Source: Vibrio aquaticus
GTDB lineage: Bacteria > Pseudomonadota > Gammaproteobacteria > Enterobacterales > Vibrionaceae
Direction of reading: 5' to 3'
Length of the DNA stretch: 24,000 nucleotides
Assembly: GCF_003970385.1 (NCBI RefSeq)
Contig: NZ_RXZH01000001.1
Span: forward strand, 849,300 to 873,299
Part shown: piece by piece, positions 14,848-23,366 of the stretch
Layout of the letters: each line of letters opens with the position of its first letter
Numbering within the stretch: the first letter of the stretch is position 1
Notes under the pieces: model-generated
Database searches by the model: none
The model's input: the letters and a program-made list of their open reading frames with translations, nothing else
Told to the model about the DNA's origin: nothing
Program-made: the position numbers and the translations under genes

Positions 14848-16818
14848 TTAAACGGCCACTTCATCCAAAGCGCGGAACACACTTTCATCGAGGTGCCCTT
14901 CTAACACCTGTTTACACACTTTTCTTCTGACTGCGAGTCCTGCGATAAGACGCTCGATTGATAAGTGTTTGTTTTCACTTTGTGCGTTGTACAGCTCGAT
15001 CATCTTGCTTAATGTCTCATAAGGCACCACCTGTTCGCCAACTCTGAGAAAGTCGAGCTTGTCTATGAGCTCCAGACACTCTTCTTGGATTGAGGCATGG
15101 GAATGCCCTGTCATAGCCGCTAAAGCCGTTATAGAGCGTTCTAGAGCCTCTGTAGAGGTGTATTTGGACAAGGTTATGGTAATTTCATCCGCATTGATCT
15201 CTACCAAGTGTTTACGCTGCTTCACTCGACGGCCCAAATTGCCTTTTGGTGAGCGTTCTTTGCGTTGAATAGGCTCAAACTCACCATCGATGATTTGTGA
15301 CATCTCCTCAAGCTGCTTTTTCGACACCATTTCGTTACGCAGTGGGTTTGGTAACGTCGGCGCCATGTTGCGCTTGCCAGCGTTGGTCGTACGAGCACGA
15401 GAGTAGCGTAGAACCTCTTCCGCATCACACTTAATATCAAACTGGTAATCTTTGATCTTTCCATTTTCAGACTGTGTTGAGATCGTTAAGTGATAACCCC
15501 AAAGATTCACCACAAACAGATCTTCCGTCCCTTTCTCGTCTGACAGTTTCTTCAACTCGCGGATCAAATCCATTGAGAACCGGCGCCATTCGATATTTCG
15601 AGCTAATTTTTGGTTCAGTTCACTCAACAACATCACATCACTGTGTCTGCGCGACATGCGGCTACGGAAGTAACTGTACAGCTGGAAAACCAACGTGTGC
15701 TGCTTCAGGATTTCTGGCGGGAACAAGAAGAAATAATCGCGGGTAAGAAGCTCTTCGTAGAAAGATGGCTCCCAGACAAGGATATACAGGTTCGGTTTTA
15801 TGCGTATTTCGCCGTCAGCGCCCTCTGTAGGCGCTTCTTCCGATGCAGTGATGGTACGGGCCAAAAATCTGAAACGGTCGCTCTTGAAGCCTTCTGGCAT
15901 GTTTTCGCTTAACCAACGACCGGTGAGTTCGTGAAGTTGGAAATCGGTAAACTCAATGCGGTCGATACTGTCACGGATTGAGTCACGCGCAGGGCCGCTG
16001 TCTTTCTTGCCTCGAAGCGACAAAATATCCGTTATGTACAACGGTGTCTTGTTTGGAACGTGCGTACCATCCAGCTGATATTGGTGCTGGTGGTGCTCGT
16101 GGTATTGAACGGTCAATGTGAACAACGCAAATAGCGTCATCAAATCATCGACTGTCATGATGTTTTTTGATGATCGTGTCTCGATCACTGCACGAGTTCC
16201 AGAGATTGAAACCATGCTTTTTTGATAATTTTTACGCGTACGTGGTGGGGCAAGAGCCTGATCGATGATCCCAGCCCAGTTTGTTGGTGAAACCACAAAC
16301 TGCTCCGCTTCGTCTTTCATCGCAGGAGGCGTATTGAGGCCATATTCGTTCAATAAGCGTTTGTTGACTTGTGTCTGAGCTAGGGCTTTTGATCGTTTCT
16401 GCTTGGCGTTTTGTTTTACAGTTTCAGTCACTAGGCTGGTGGCACCAAGTACAGAGATCAACTGATTCGGGTTAACGAAACGGTGCAACATCGTTTTGCC
16501 TGCCAGGCCCTCTTCAAAACGAACTGGGACTTGTTGGAACAATCCAATATTTACCGCAGCACGCAAACGTTGCTGAATCGCTGCACGAGTAACTTGGCCA
16601 TCAGTCGCATCAATCAGTTCAGTGGTAGAGACTAATCCATCCCGACTGCTAAAGCCTCTAAGAGAGATTAGGTTTAACAGCTCTACGATGCTTTTCGTAA
16701 CGCCTTTGAAGTGTTGGTATTGTTCAATCCAGTTGACTGCCATTTCAGACACTTCAAACAGGTGTCCATCTTTGTGGCTTCTGGGCGCTTTGATCAGCAG
16801 TTTATCTTCTGAGCTCAT
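14848..16818 (-). CDS. rctB: Chromosome 2 replication initiator RctB
   Basis: 656-aa ORF, with an N-terminus (MSSEDKLLIKAPRSHKDGHLFEVSE...VELLNLISLRG) that matches my recollection of V. cholerae RctB. It is adjacent to the iteron-rich origin and divergent from parA2-parB2, which is the diagnostic synteny. Confidence 0.93.
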   Translation of the reverse strand: MSSEDKLLIKAPRSHKDGHLFEVSEMAVNWIEQYQHFKGVTKSIVELLNLISLRGFSSRDGLVSTTELIDATDGQVTRAAIQQRLRAAVNIGLFQQVPVRFEEGLAGKTMLHRFVNPNQLISVLGATSLVTETVKQNAKQKRSKALAQTQVNKRLLNEYGLNTPPAMKDEAEQFVVSPTNWAGIIDQALAPPRTRKNYQKSMVSISGTRAVIETRSSKNIMTVDDLMTLFALFTLTVQYHEHHQHQYQLDGTHVPNKTPLYITDILSLRGKKDSGPARDSIRDSIDRIEFTDFQLHELTGRWLSENMPEGFKSDRFRFLARTITASEEAPTEGADGEIRIKPNLYILVWEPSFYEELLTRDYFFLFPPEILKQHTLVFQLYSYFRSRMSRRHSDVMLLSELNQKLARNIEWRRFSMDLIRELKKLSDEKGTEDLFVVNLWGYHLTISTQSENGKIKDYQFDIKCDAEEVLRYSRARTTNAGKRNMAPTLPNPLRNEMVSKKQLEEMSQIIDGEFEPIQRKERSPKGNLGRRVKQRKHLVEINADEITITLSKYTSTEALERSITALAAMTGHSHASIQEECLELIDKLDFLRVGEQVVPYETLSKMIELYNAQSENKHLSIERLIAGLAVRRKVCKQVLEGHLDESVFRALDEVAV

Positions 16819-17024
16819 TATTAGATCCGTGTCACACTAGCCGTAACATTGCTATAGTTCCGAGAGAATAAAGAAAAAAAGATCATAAATAAAGAAAAAA
16901 TTATGGCTTTTAAATAACTGATCTTTCTGATTAATATGATCTTAAATGATTATATGATCTATTGATCAGGCAAGGAAAAGGCTTGTAACGTTTTGTTTTT
17001 AATAAGTAAAAAAAATAACGCTTC

Positions 17025-17151
17025 GAAAGCATGATCATAGAAACGCTGAAAGCATGATCATTAACTTATTGAAAGCATGATCAAAAATCCTAAGAACGAT
17101 GATCATCGCTTGGCCGAAACAATGATCAATGTAACCCTGAAAACATGATCA
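17025..17151 (+). repeat. Array of six direct RctB-type iterons
   Basis: 13-mers start at 17025, 17048, 17071, 17093, 17116 and 17139: GAAAGCATGATCA x3, AGAACGATGATCA, GAAACAATGATCA and GAAAACATGATCA. Spacing is 22-23 bp and each contains GATC. Confidence 0.9.
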
Positions 17152-17166
17152 TCACTCCTACACACT

Positions 17167-17175
17167 TTATCCACA
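17167..17175 (+). promoter_or_regulatory. DnaA box (perfect TTATCCACA)
   Basis: Exact 9-mer consensus, 16 bp after the last iteron of the array. Confidence 0.85.
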
Positions 17176-17237
17176 AGCAGAATTGGCATAATCACCATTG
17201 TAACGTCTATTGACCTTGTGGCTGAGCCCTTTTTCAC

Positions 17238-17656
17238 GAAACGATGATCAAGGAGACGATTTGTTTTTTCTATTGTTGTTTAATTATTAAACGAACTTGA
17301 AATTCAAATGACAGTTTGCAGATATTATCCACAACGGGTTTAATAGGAGTATCGGTCCGAAAGCATGATCATGAAAAGTGGCGTTTGATGTCTGTTCTTT
17401 GTATTGGCGTCTCGATGCACATACAACCCCCCTTATTGCCCGGTATTTCCCACTGCATCTACATTCCTCCGTAATTTGGACTCATTTTTTCATGCTTCCG
17501 AAGCATACATGCACTTGATCATTGTTCCGATCTTGGATCTTCTGTTTTTCGCTGGTTTTACATCAAGCTTCTGATCGAAATTACCTTGATCATCGTTCCT
17601 GTATTCATGATTAAGGTCGGAAGCATGATCACCATGCTTATCTTGATCATGTTTCC
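17238..17656. repeat. Six dispersed iterons in both orientations (incII-like region)
   Basis: Forward copies are at 17238-17250 (GAAACGATGATCA), 17359-17371 (GAAAGCATGATCA) and 17619-17631 (GGAAGCATGATCA). Reverse copies are at 17516-17528 (TGATCATTGTTCC), 17587-17599 (TGATCATCGTTCC) and 17644-17656 (TGATCATGTTTCC). Confidence 0.85.
17325..17333 (+). promoter_or_regulatory. Second DnaA box (perfect TTATCCACA)
   Basis: Exact 9-mer consensus at the end of the AT-rich tract 17255-17320, in the same orientation as the first box. Confidence 0.8.
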
Positions 17657-17822
17657 ATAAATATCGGTTGGTTGGGTTTAGGAGATTGCCTTAAGCCAAT
17701 GATCGATAAGCGTGTAGCTGACTCATAATCGGTCAATTAAAAATCAAAATGACACCATCCGTAAAATAGTCGCCTTTCTTAATCGTTCCGAGTGAACGCT
17801 TCGAGTGTTTTTACGAGTTACC

Positions 17823-17835
17823 TTTACATTGTAAA
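17823..17835. promoter_or_regulatory. parS2-type site TTTACATTGTAAA inside the origin region
   Basis: Exact match to TTTACAnTGTAAA. It lies between the dispersed iterons and parA2. Confidence 0.8.
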
Positions 17836-18055
17836 TAAGTGACACTGTAATTCTTTTAAAGTTTTGGCTTTTATCGGTTACATTCCATGTCTAATCTAGG
17901 CCAAATATGCGTATTTTCTACGCGAAACATTCAATTTCTTGTAAAATCTCTATTTAATGTGATTAGCATCTATAATTGAATGTTCAGCTTTTTATTGTTT
18001 GATATCGTAAATGCTGTACAATTGGTTTCAGGTCATTAATAACGGAATTTGGCAA

Positions 18056-19273
18056 ATGAAACGAGAACACACCATTGAGAGTCTCATTCAACTGGCAGAA
18101 AAGACGGCTCAGGTACAAGCTGATCGTATTGAAATTGTATTAGAAGAACGCAGCGATGAGCACTTTCCTCCAATGTCGAAAGCATTGATGGAAACACGCT
18201 CAGGTTTAACTCGCCGTAAATTAGACGATGCGATTACTAAGCTTGAAGCAACGGGCCATCAGTTTACAAAAAACAATGCAAATCATTACTCTATTTCGTT
18301 AGAAGAAGCGCATATGCTGATGGATGCCGCTGGCATCCCTAAGTTCCATGAACGCAAGAAACATGGTGACAACAAACCATGGATTGTGAATGTTCAGAAC
18401 CAAAAAGGCGGCACGGGTAAATCAATGACCGCTGTGCATCTAGCGGCTTGTTTAGCACTTAACCTAGATAAGCGTTACCGTATTTGTCTTATCGATTTGG
18501 ATCCACAAGGTTCACTTCGTCTTTTTCTAAACCCACAAATCAGTATTACTGATCACGACAACATCTACTCAGCTGTTGATGTGATGCTTGATAACGTTCC
18601 TGATGGGGTAGAGGTTGATAATGAATTCCTGCACAAAAATGTGCTATTACCAACTCAATACCCGAATTTGAAGACGGTATCGGCATTCCCTGAAGATGCA
18701 ATGTTTAACGCTGAAGCATGGCAGCATCTCTCTCAGAACCAGTCTCTTGATATCGTAAAATTGCTGAAAGAGAAGCTGATCGACAAGATTGCTGATGACT
18801 TCGACATTGTGATGATCGATACCGGTCCACACGTTGACCCATTGGTTTGGAATGCAATGTATGCGTCAAACGCTTTGCTGATTCCTTGTGCGGCGAAGCG
18901 TTTAGATTGGGCTTCTACGGTTAACTTCTTCCAGCACCTTCCAACAGTTTACGAGATGTTCCCAGAAGACTGGCAAGGGCTTGAGTTTGTACGTTTGATG
19001 CCAACCATGTTTGAAGACGACAATAAGAAGCAAGTGGCCGTGCTGACTGAAATGAACTACTTGTTGGGTGATCAAGTCATGATGGCAACGATTCCACGTA
19101 GTCGTGCATTTGAAACCTGTGCCGATACCTACAGCACCGTATTTGACTTAACGACCGGTGATTTTGAAGGCGGTAAGAAAACGCTCGCAACAGCTCAAGA
19201 TGCTGTACAAAAGAGTTCACTAGAATTAGAACGTGTCCTGCATAGTCACTGGACATCATTAAATCAGGGGTAA
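18056..19273 (+). CDS. parA2: Chromosome 2 partitioning ATPase ParA2
   Basis: Deviant Walker A is NQKGGTGKSMT, with blocks LIDLDPQGS and MIDTGPH. Starting at MKREHTIE gives 405 aa, which is the length I recall for V. cholerae ParA2. The listed start at 18011 adds 15 unsupported residues. Confidence 0.9.
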   Translation: MKREHTIESLIQLAEKTAQVQADRIEIVLEERSDEHFPPMSKALMETRSGLTRRKLDDAITKLEATGHQFTKNNANHYSISLEEAHMLMDAAGIPKFHERKKHGDNKPWIVNVQNQKGGTGKSMTAVHLAACLALNLDKRYRICLIDLDPQGSLRLFLNPQISITDHDNIYSAVDVMLDNVPDGVEVDNEFLHKNVLLPTQYPNLKTVSAFPEDAMFNAEAWQHLSQNQSLDIVKLLKEKLIDKIADDFDIVMIDTGPHVDPLVWNAMYASNALLIPCAAKRLDWASTVNFFQHLPTVYEMFPEDWQGLEFVRLMPTMFEDDNKKQVAVLTEMNYLLGDQVMMATIPRSRAFETCADTYSTVFDLTTGDFEGGKKTLATAQDAVQKSSLELERVLHSHWTSLNQG

Positions 19274-19281
19274 TATAGAAG

Positions 19282-20253
19282 ATGGCAATTAAAACTTCAG
19301 ATTTAAACGCTCGACTATTTGGTAAGGCAAATAAACGCCATGTAACGACACCGCAAGAAGCGCAGCAGGCAGCAAAAGAACAGGCTCAAGTCATCGAGCT
19401 ATCTGTTGCCGGTGAAGAGAAGGTTCAGTTTGAGCTGATACGTATTCCTGCGGATAAAGTCAGCGAGCAAACGGTCGTTTTTGCAGAGAACGCTCGTGAG
19501 CAATCGTTTCTAAATGAGCATGCGCTTTCTGATGTCCTAGTGACATTAAAAGAGCGTGGTCAGCAATACCCAGCCGTTGGCCGCAAGCGTGAAGATGGCA
19601 AGATCGAGGTTCTTGATGGTAGCCGCCGTCGTATGTCGTGTATTCTGGCTGACAAAGAGTTTCTAATCTATGTGGGTGAGAACATTAGCACTGAACATGC
19701 TAAGTTCCTATCTGACGTAGCAAACGCTCATAAGCCTTTATCGCTATACGAAAAAGGCAAAGAGATGCTGGCGAAGCTAGAAAGCGGTGAAGCAGAAGAC
19801 CAAAAAGCGTTAGCGAAAATGTTCCAGTGCAGCGAAGCGCTAGTGAGTGGTGCGTTGAAAGCGGCGGATTTACCACTGCAACTTCTGCAAGCGTACCCGA
19901 ATGTGGCTGAGCTTGGCCGACCAACCATCGTTAAGCTACATAAGCAATACAATGCGCTAGACCAACAAAAGCGTTCTGAATTACTGGATAAATGTCGCTC
20001 AGATGAAGGGTTTGTTTGGCAACGTAGCCAGTCTCAAGGTGTGGCTCGCATCACTAAAGAAGTCACTGAAACGATTGAAGCTTGGGTGGAAGAACTCGCA
20101 CCAACCAAGACATCGACGCCAGCGAAAAAAGACCTAGTGAAAGGCCGCGCAAACTATACTCGTAAGGGAACAAACTTAACGTTAAACCTTAAGAAAGTAG
20201 ATGATGCGTTGATGCAAGAGATCTTGGATTTAGTCGCAAGCAAGTTAAACTAA
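19282..20253 (+). CDS. parB2: Chromosome 2 partitioning protein ParB2
   Basis: 323-aa ORF 8 nt after parA2. The ParB-box-like segment VLDGSRRR is present. Cognate TTTACAnTGTAAA sites lie nearby. Confidence 0.9.
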   Translation: MAIKTSDLNARLFGKANKRHVTTPQEAQQAAKEQAQVIELSVAGEEKVQFELIRIPADKVSEQTVVFAENAREQSFLNEHALSDVLVTLKERGQQYPAVGRKREDGKIEVLDGSRRRMSCILADKEFLIYVGENISTEHAKFLSDVANAHKPLSLYEKGKEMLAKLESGEAEDQKALAKMFQCSEALVSGALKAADLPLQLLQAYPNVAELGRPTIVKLHKQYNALDQQKRSELLDKCRSDEGFVWQRSQSQGVARITKEVTETIEAWVEELAPTKTSTPAKKDLVKGRANYTRKGTNLTLNLKKVDDALMQEILDLVASKLN

Positions 20254-20271
20254 TCTAAATCACACGATACG

Positions 20272-20297
20272 AAGCCGCTTAATTGCGGCTTTTTTTA
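20272..20297 (+). terminator. Intrinsic terminator after parB2
   Basis: AAGCCGC (20272-20278) pairs with GCGGCTT (20285-20291), with loop TTAATT, followed by a T-run to 20297. Confidence 0.8.
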
Positions 20298-20341
20298 TGT
20301 CATAATATTGGACTTGCAACCACTTCAGGCGACCCTCAATT

Positions 20342-22345
20342 ATGGCTGTCATCTCTCAATACTTTACTCAACTCCTACAAGCTGCTCAGCAAGCGAATCA
20401 TCGTTTTGGCGTGGTATTGGCAGGGGAGGGGGATTGGCAACTTCATACCGTTCAACAAATCTGTCAGCTCGTAGATGAAAACCGTATCTACCTTTTGGGT
20501 GATGAGCTAACGCTACCAGCTTCAAAGCAAGTTAAATTCAATAAAGGTCAGCAGCTTCTCGGGCAGGAGTGCAAACTGCTTGTTTGTGATTTCCGCTCTG
20601 GTTTTGACATCAACAGTTTCAGTGCCGCTTTGGGCTGCGTAAAAGGCGGTGGCCTAGTGGTCGTTTTGGCTGCCGCTCAATGCGCGTCAGATACGCTTGA
20701 CAAGCAATGGTTGGATAATTGTTTGGCTCAGTTATTGGTAGTCAAACAAGGACAAGCTCTTCCGGCACTACCCTTGTCAGAGTATCAAACCGAAGAAGGG
20801 TATATTCAGCAACAAGCTGCGATTGAGAAAATCGTAAAGGTTGTAGAAGGACATCGAAAGCGTCCTCTTGTTATGACCGCAGACAGAGGCCGAGGAAAGA
20901 GTAGTGCACTTGGCATGGCAGCCGCTCACTTAATGCAGCAACGCTCGATGAAAATTTTGCTCACAGCACCAACTTTGGCAACGGTTCAACCTGTGTTTGA
21001 ACACGCATCCCGATTGCTGCCAGGTGCCACTCAGACGAAAAACACAGTTGAGTGGCGGGGAAGTACCTTAGAGTTTATTGCCCCAGATGAGTTACTAAGA
21101 AGTGATAGTAGCAGTGACCTATTGTTGGTTGATGAAGCCTCTGCGATTCCGATTCCTTTGCTTAAGCGAATGGTTGAACGCCATCATCGAGCTGTCTTCT
21201 CAACCACGATTCATGGTTATGAAGGCTGTGGCCGTGGCTTTACTCTTAAATTCCAAACGTGGTTAAAACAGCAAAGACCAGGTTCTGTTTTCTATCATCT
21301 TGACCAACCTATTCGCTGGGCTAAAAGCGATCCGCTAGAACGCTGGCTGTTTGATAGCTTTCTTCTCAATGCTGAATTGTCGCCGCTAAGTGACAAACCA
21401 AGGTCATGTCGATTGGAGAGTATCGACAAAGCAATGTTGCTGGCGAATTCCAACTTGCTGCGTGAGTGTTTCGCTTTGTTGGTCAACGCGCATTATCAGA
21501 CGTCACCGAATGATTTGATGTTACTGCTTAATGACCCTCAGATTCGTCTCTTTGCTTGGTTTGAAGATGAAGTTTGTTTAGGTTGTATTTTGACAGTTGA
21601 TGAAGGACATCTGTCAGCCGAGCTCATTGAAGATATTCAGTTAGGCAAGCGTCGACCGCGTGGGCATTTGGTTCCGGTTATGTTAGCGAATCAATTGGGC
21701 ATTCACGCTGCTGCCGAGCAATCGAGTTTACGTATCATGCGTATTGCCGTTCATCCACATTTGCAAGGTCAGGGAGTTGGTCAGAACATGCTGGCACAGT
21801 TGCAGCAGCAAACAGACCATGACTTTTACTCCACCAGCTTTGGGGCTACATCAGAGTTGTTGGCATTTTGGCGTTACTGTGGATTTGTTCCGGTTAAGCT
21901 CGGTAGCCAACGTGACCAAGCGAGTGGAACTCATTCGTTGGTAATGGTAAAAACGGAACAAGATTGGTTAGCGCAAGCTCATGTGTGTTACCAACTTTCA
22001 TTGCACTACAGCGTGGCTCAATCGTTCTCGCAACTTGAGATTGAGCTTGTCCGTAGTTTGTTTGAAGAAAATGATGCTTCCGTTGATAAACCTAGCTTCA
22101 TCGAACTTATTCAGGCTTATGCAAAGGGTGGGGCGAGCTACGATAGTGTCGCTCCCTTCCTCGACCTGTGGTGGAAACGCTCTCCGAAACTATTGGCGCT
22201 GGCGAGTGATCTTTTTGTTCGCAAAGTCGTACAAAGGAGGTCTTGGAGTGAGTGTGCCGAGATACTCGATTATCCTGGTCGTAAACAAGTTGAGCATGCG
22301 TTTAGAGGTCAGCTTGACTTGTTACTGTCACAACTGGATAGCTGA
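20342..22345 (+). CDS. tmcA: tRNA(Met) cytidine acetyltransferase TmcA (helicase-like ATPase plus GNAT domains)
   Basis: 667 aa. Blocks collinear with my recollection of E. coli TmcA: ADRGRGKSSALG, VDEASAIPIPLL, IHGYEGCGRGFTLKF, QPIRWAKSDPLE, AHYQTSPNDL, RRPRGHLV, RIAVHP and FWRYCGFVPVKLG. Confidence 0.93.
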   Translation: MAVISQYFTQLLQAAQQANHRFGVVLAGEGDWQLHTVQQICQLVDENRIYLLGDELTLPASKQVKFNKGQQLLGQECKLLVCDFRSGFDINSFSAALGCVKGGGLVVVLAAAQCASDTLDKQWLDNCLAQLLVVKQGQALPALPLSEYQTEEGYIQQQAAIEKIVKVVEGHRKRPLVMTADRGRGKSSALGMAAAHLMQQRSMKILLTAPTLATVQPVFEHASRLLPGATQTKNTVEWRGSTLEFIAPDELLRSDSSSDLLLVDEASAIPIPLLKRMVERHHRAVFSTTIHGYEGCGRGFTLKFQTWLKQQRPGSVFYHLDQPIRWAKSDPLERWLFDSFLLNAELSPLSDKPRSCRLESIDKAMLLANSNLLRECFALLVNAHYQTSPNDLMLLLNDPQIRLFAWFEDEVCLGCILTVDEGHLSAELIEDIQLGKRRPRGHLVPVMLANQLGIHAAAEQSSLRIMRIAVHPHLQGQGVGQNMLAQLQQQTDHDFYSTSFGATSELLAFWRYCGFVPVKLGSQRDQASGTHSLVMVKTEQDWLAQAHVCYQLSLHYSVAQSFSQLEIELVRSLFEENDASVDKPSFIELIQAYAKGGASYDSVAPFLDLWWKRSPKLLALASDLFVRKVVQRRSWSECAEILDYPGRKQVEHAFRGQLDLLLSQLDS

Positions 22346-22424
22346 TTTACACTGTAAAATCACAACCGCTTAGATTCCTATTGTAGATTTACAGTGTAAA
22401 ACGAAATGAGTTTTACACTGTAAA
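22346..22424. repeat. Cluster of three parS2-type sites
   Basis: TTTACACTGTAAA (22346-22358), TTTACAGTGTAAA (22388-22400) and TTTACACTGTAAA (22412-22424). The first starts at the base after the tmcA stop codon. Confidence 0.85.
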
Positions 22425-22676
22425 TCAATTTTCTTTTTCTATTGTATTCACCCTTCTTTAAATACCCATACATAAAATAAAGTTTTTTCGTTAAATGCTT
22501 GGTTTTCTAAGTGCCTAAAAAATAAAACGAATATCCTTGAAACTAAATTCAAAAATCTTCCATTCATACTAAATCTGTATATTTCGAACTTGCTTAATAG
22601 TCATTCCTTTCTACACTCATTTTTAAGCAACTTGCTTAATATTGGCTAGGAATAATTAAAACAAAAAGGTTAGAAC

Positions 22677-22946
22677 ATGGACTGTTTACTGCCTGAGTCA
22701 CTGGATATTTCAACGGTACTCGACACAACAATCGAATATAGAAATTGGTTGGTTCAACAAACATCCCTTCATATAGATGGCTCTCATGTTCATCGTGTAG
22801 ATGCCGCTGGTTTGCAAGCTTTAGCCGCTTTGTTTCTTTCTGCCAAAAACAACCAGATAAACATTCAACTGATGAACCCGACTCAGCCGGTGATTGATGG
22901 TGCGACCATTTTAGGACTGGCTGAAACGTTTGATCTCAATAGTTAA
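22677..22946 (+). CDS. STAS-domain protein (anti-sigma-factor-antagonist fold), first gene of a chemotaxis cluster
   Basis: 89-aa ORF with a STAS-like pattern (VDAAGLQALAALFLSAK). It lies directly upstream of cheY and cheA. Confidence 0.65.
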   Translation: MDCLLPESLDISTVLDTTIEYRNWLVQQTSLHIDGSHVHRVDAAGLQALAALFLSAKNNQINIQLMNPTQPVIDGATILGLAETFDLNS

Positions 22947-22961
22947 GTTGGAGAGAGACTG

Positions 22962-23321
22962 ATGACAAGAATTTTGGCTGTAGATGATTCCGTTTCAATT
23001 CGCCAGATGGTGAGCCACACGTTGAAAGACGCTGGTTACGATGTAGAAACCGCCAATGATGGCAGAGATGCGTTAAGCAAGGTCACTAGTGGCAAGTTCG
23101 ATGTGGTGATCTCTGATGTCAACATGCCGAACATGGGTGGCTTCGAATTGGTCAAAGCATTGCGAGAAAAGCCGCAATACAAATTTATTCCCATTCTTAT
23201 GCTAACCACGGAAACAAGCACCGACAAAAAACAGCAGGGAAAATCTGCAGGTGCGACCGGTTGGTTAGTGAAACCGTTTAATCCAGATACGCTACTAAAA
23301 ACACTAAAACGCGTTATTTAA
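22962..23321 (+). CDS. cheY: CheY-like single-domain response regulator
   Basis: 119 aa. Receiver signature is ILAVDDS...VISDVNMPNMGG...LTTE...GWLVKPF. It is followed by cheA. Confidence 0.88.
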   Translation: MTRILAVDDSVSIRQMVSHTLKDAGYDVETANDGRDALSKVTSGKFDVVISDVNMPNMGGFELVKALREKPQYKFIPILMLTTETSTDKKQQGKSAGATGWLVKPFNPDTLLKTLKRVI

Positions 23322-23366
23322 ACGGATTCAAACTCACACGACAACGTCTTAAGGTGAGGGCAATGT

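Larger units (their letters stand above)
16819..18010. other. Chromosome 2 origin of replication (oriCII-type: minimal origin plus an incII-like control region)
   Basis: ORF-free 1.2 kb between rctB and parA2. It contains 12 iterons, 2 DnaA boxes, AT-rich tracts (16861-17020, 17255-17320), about 22 GATC sites and one parS2 site. Confidence 0.9.

Noticed and set aside
18011-18055. Upstream start for parA2 (MLYNWFQVINNGIWQ...).
   Set aside because: The extra 15 residues are not part of ParA2 as I recall it from V. cholerae, which begins MKRE.... I chose 18056, although the ribosome-binding site there is weak.
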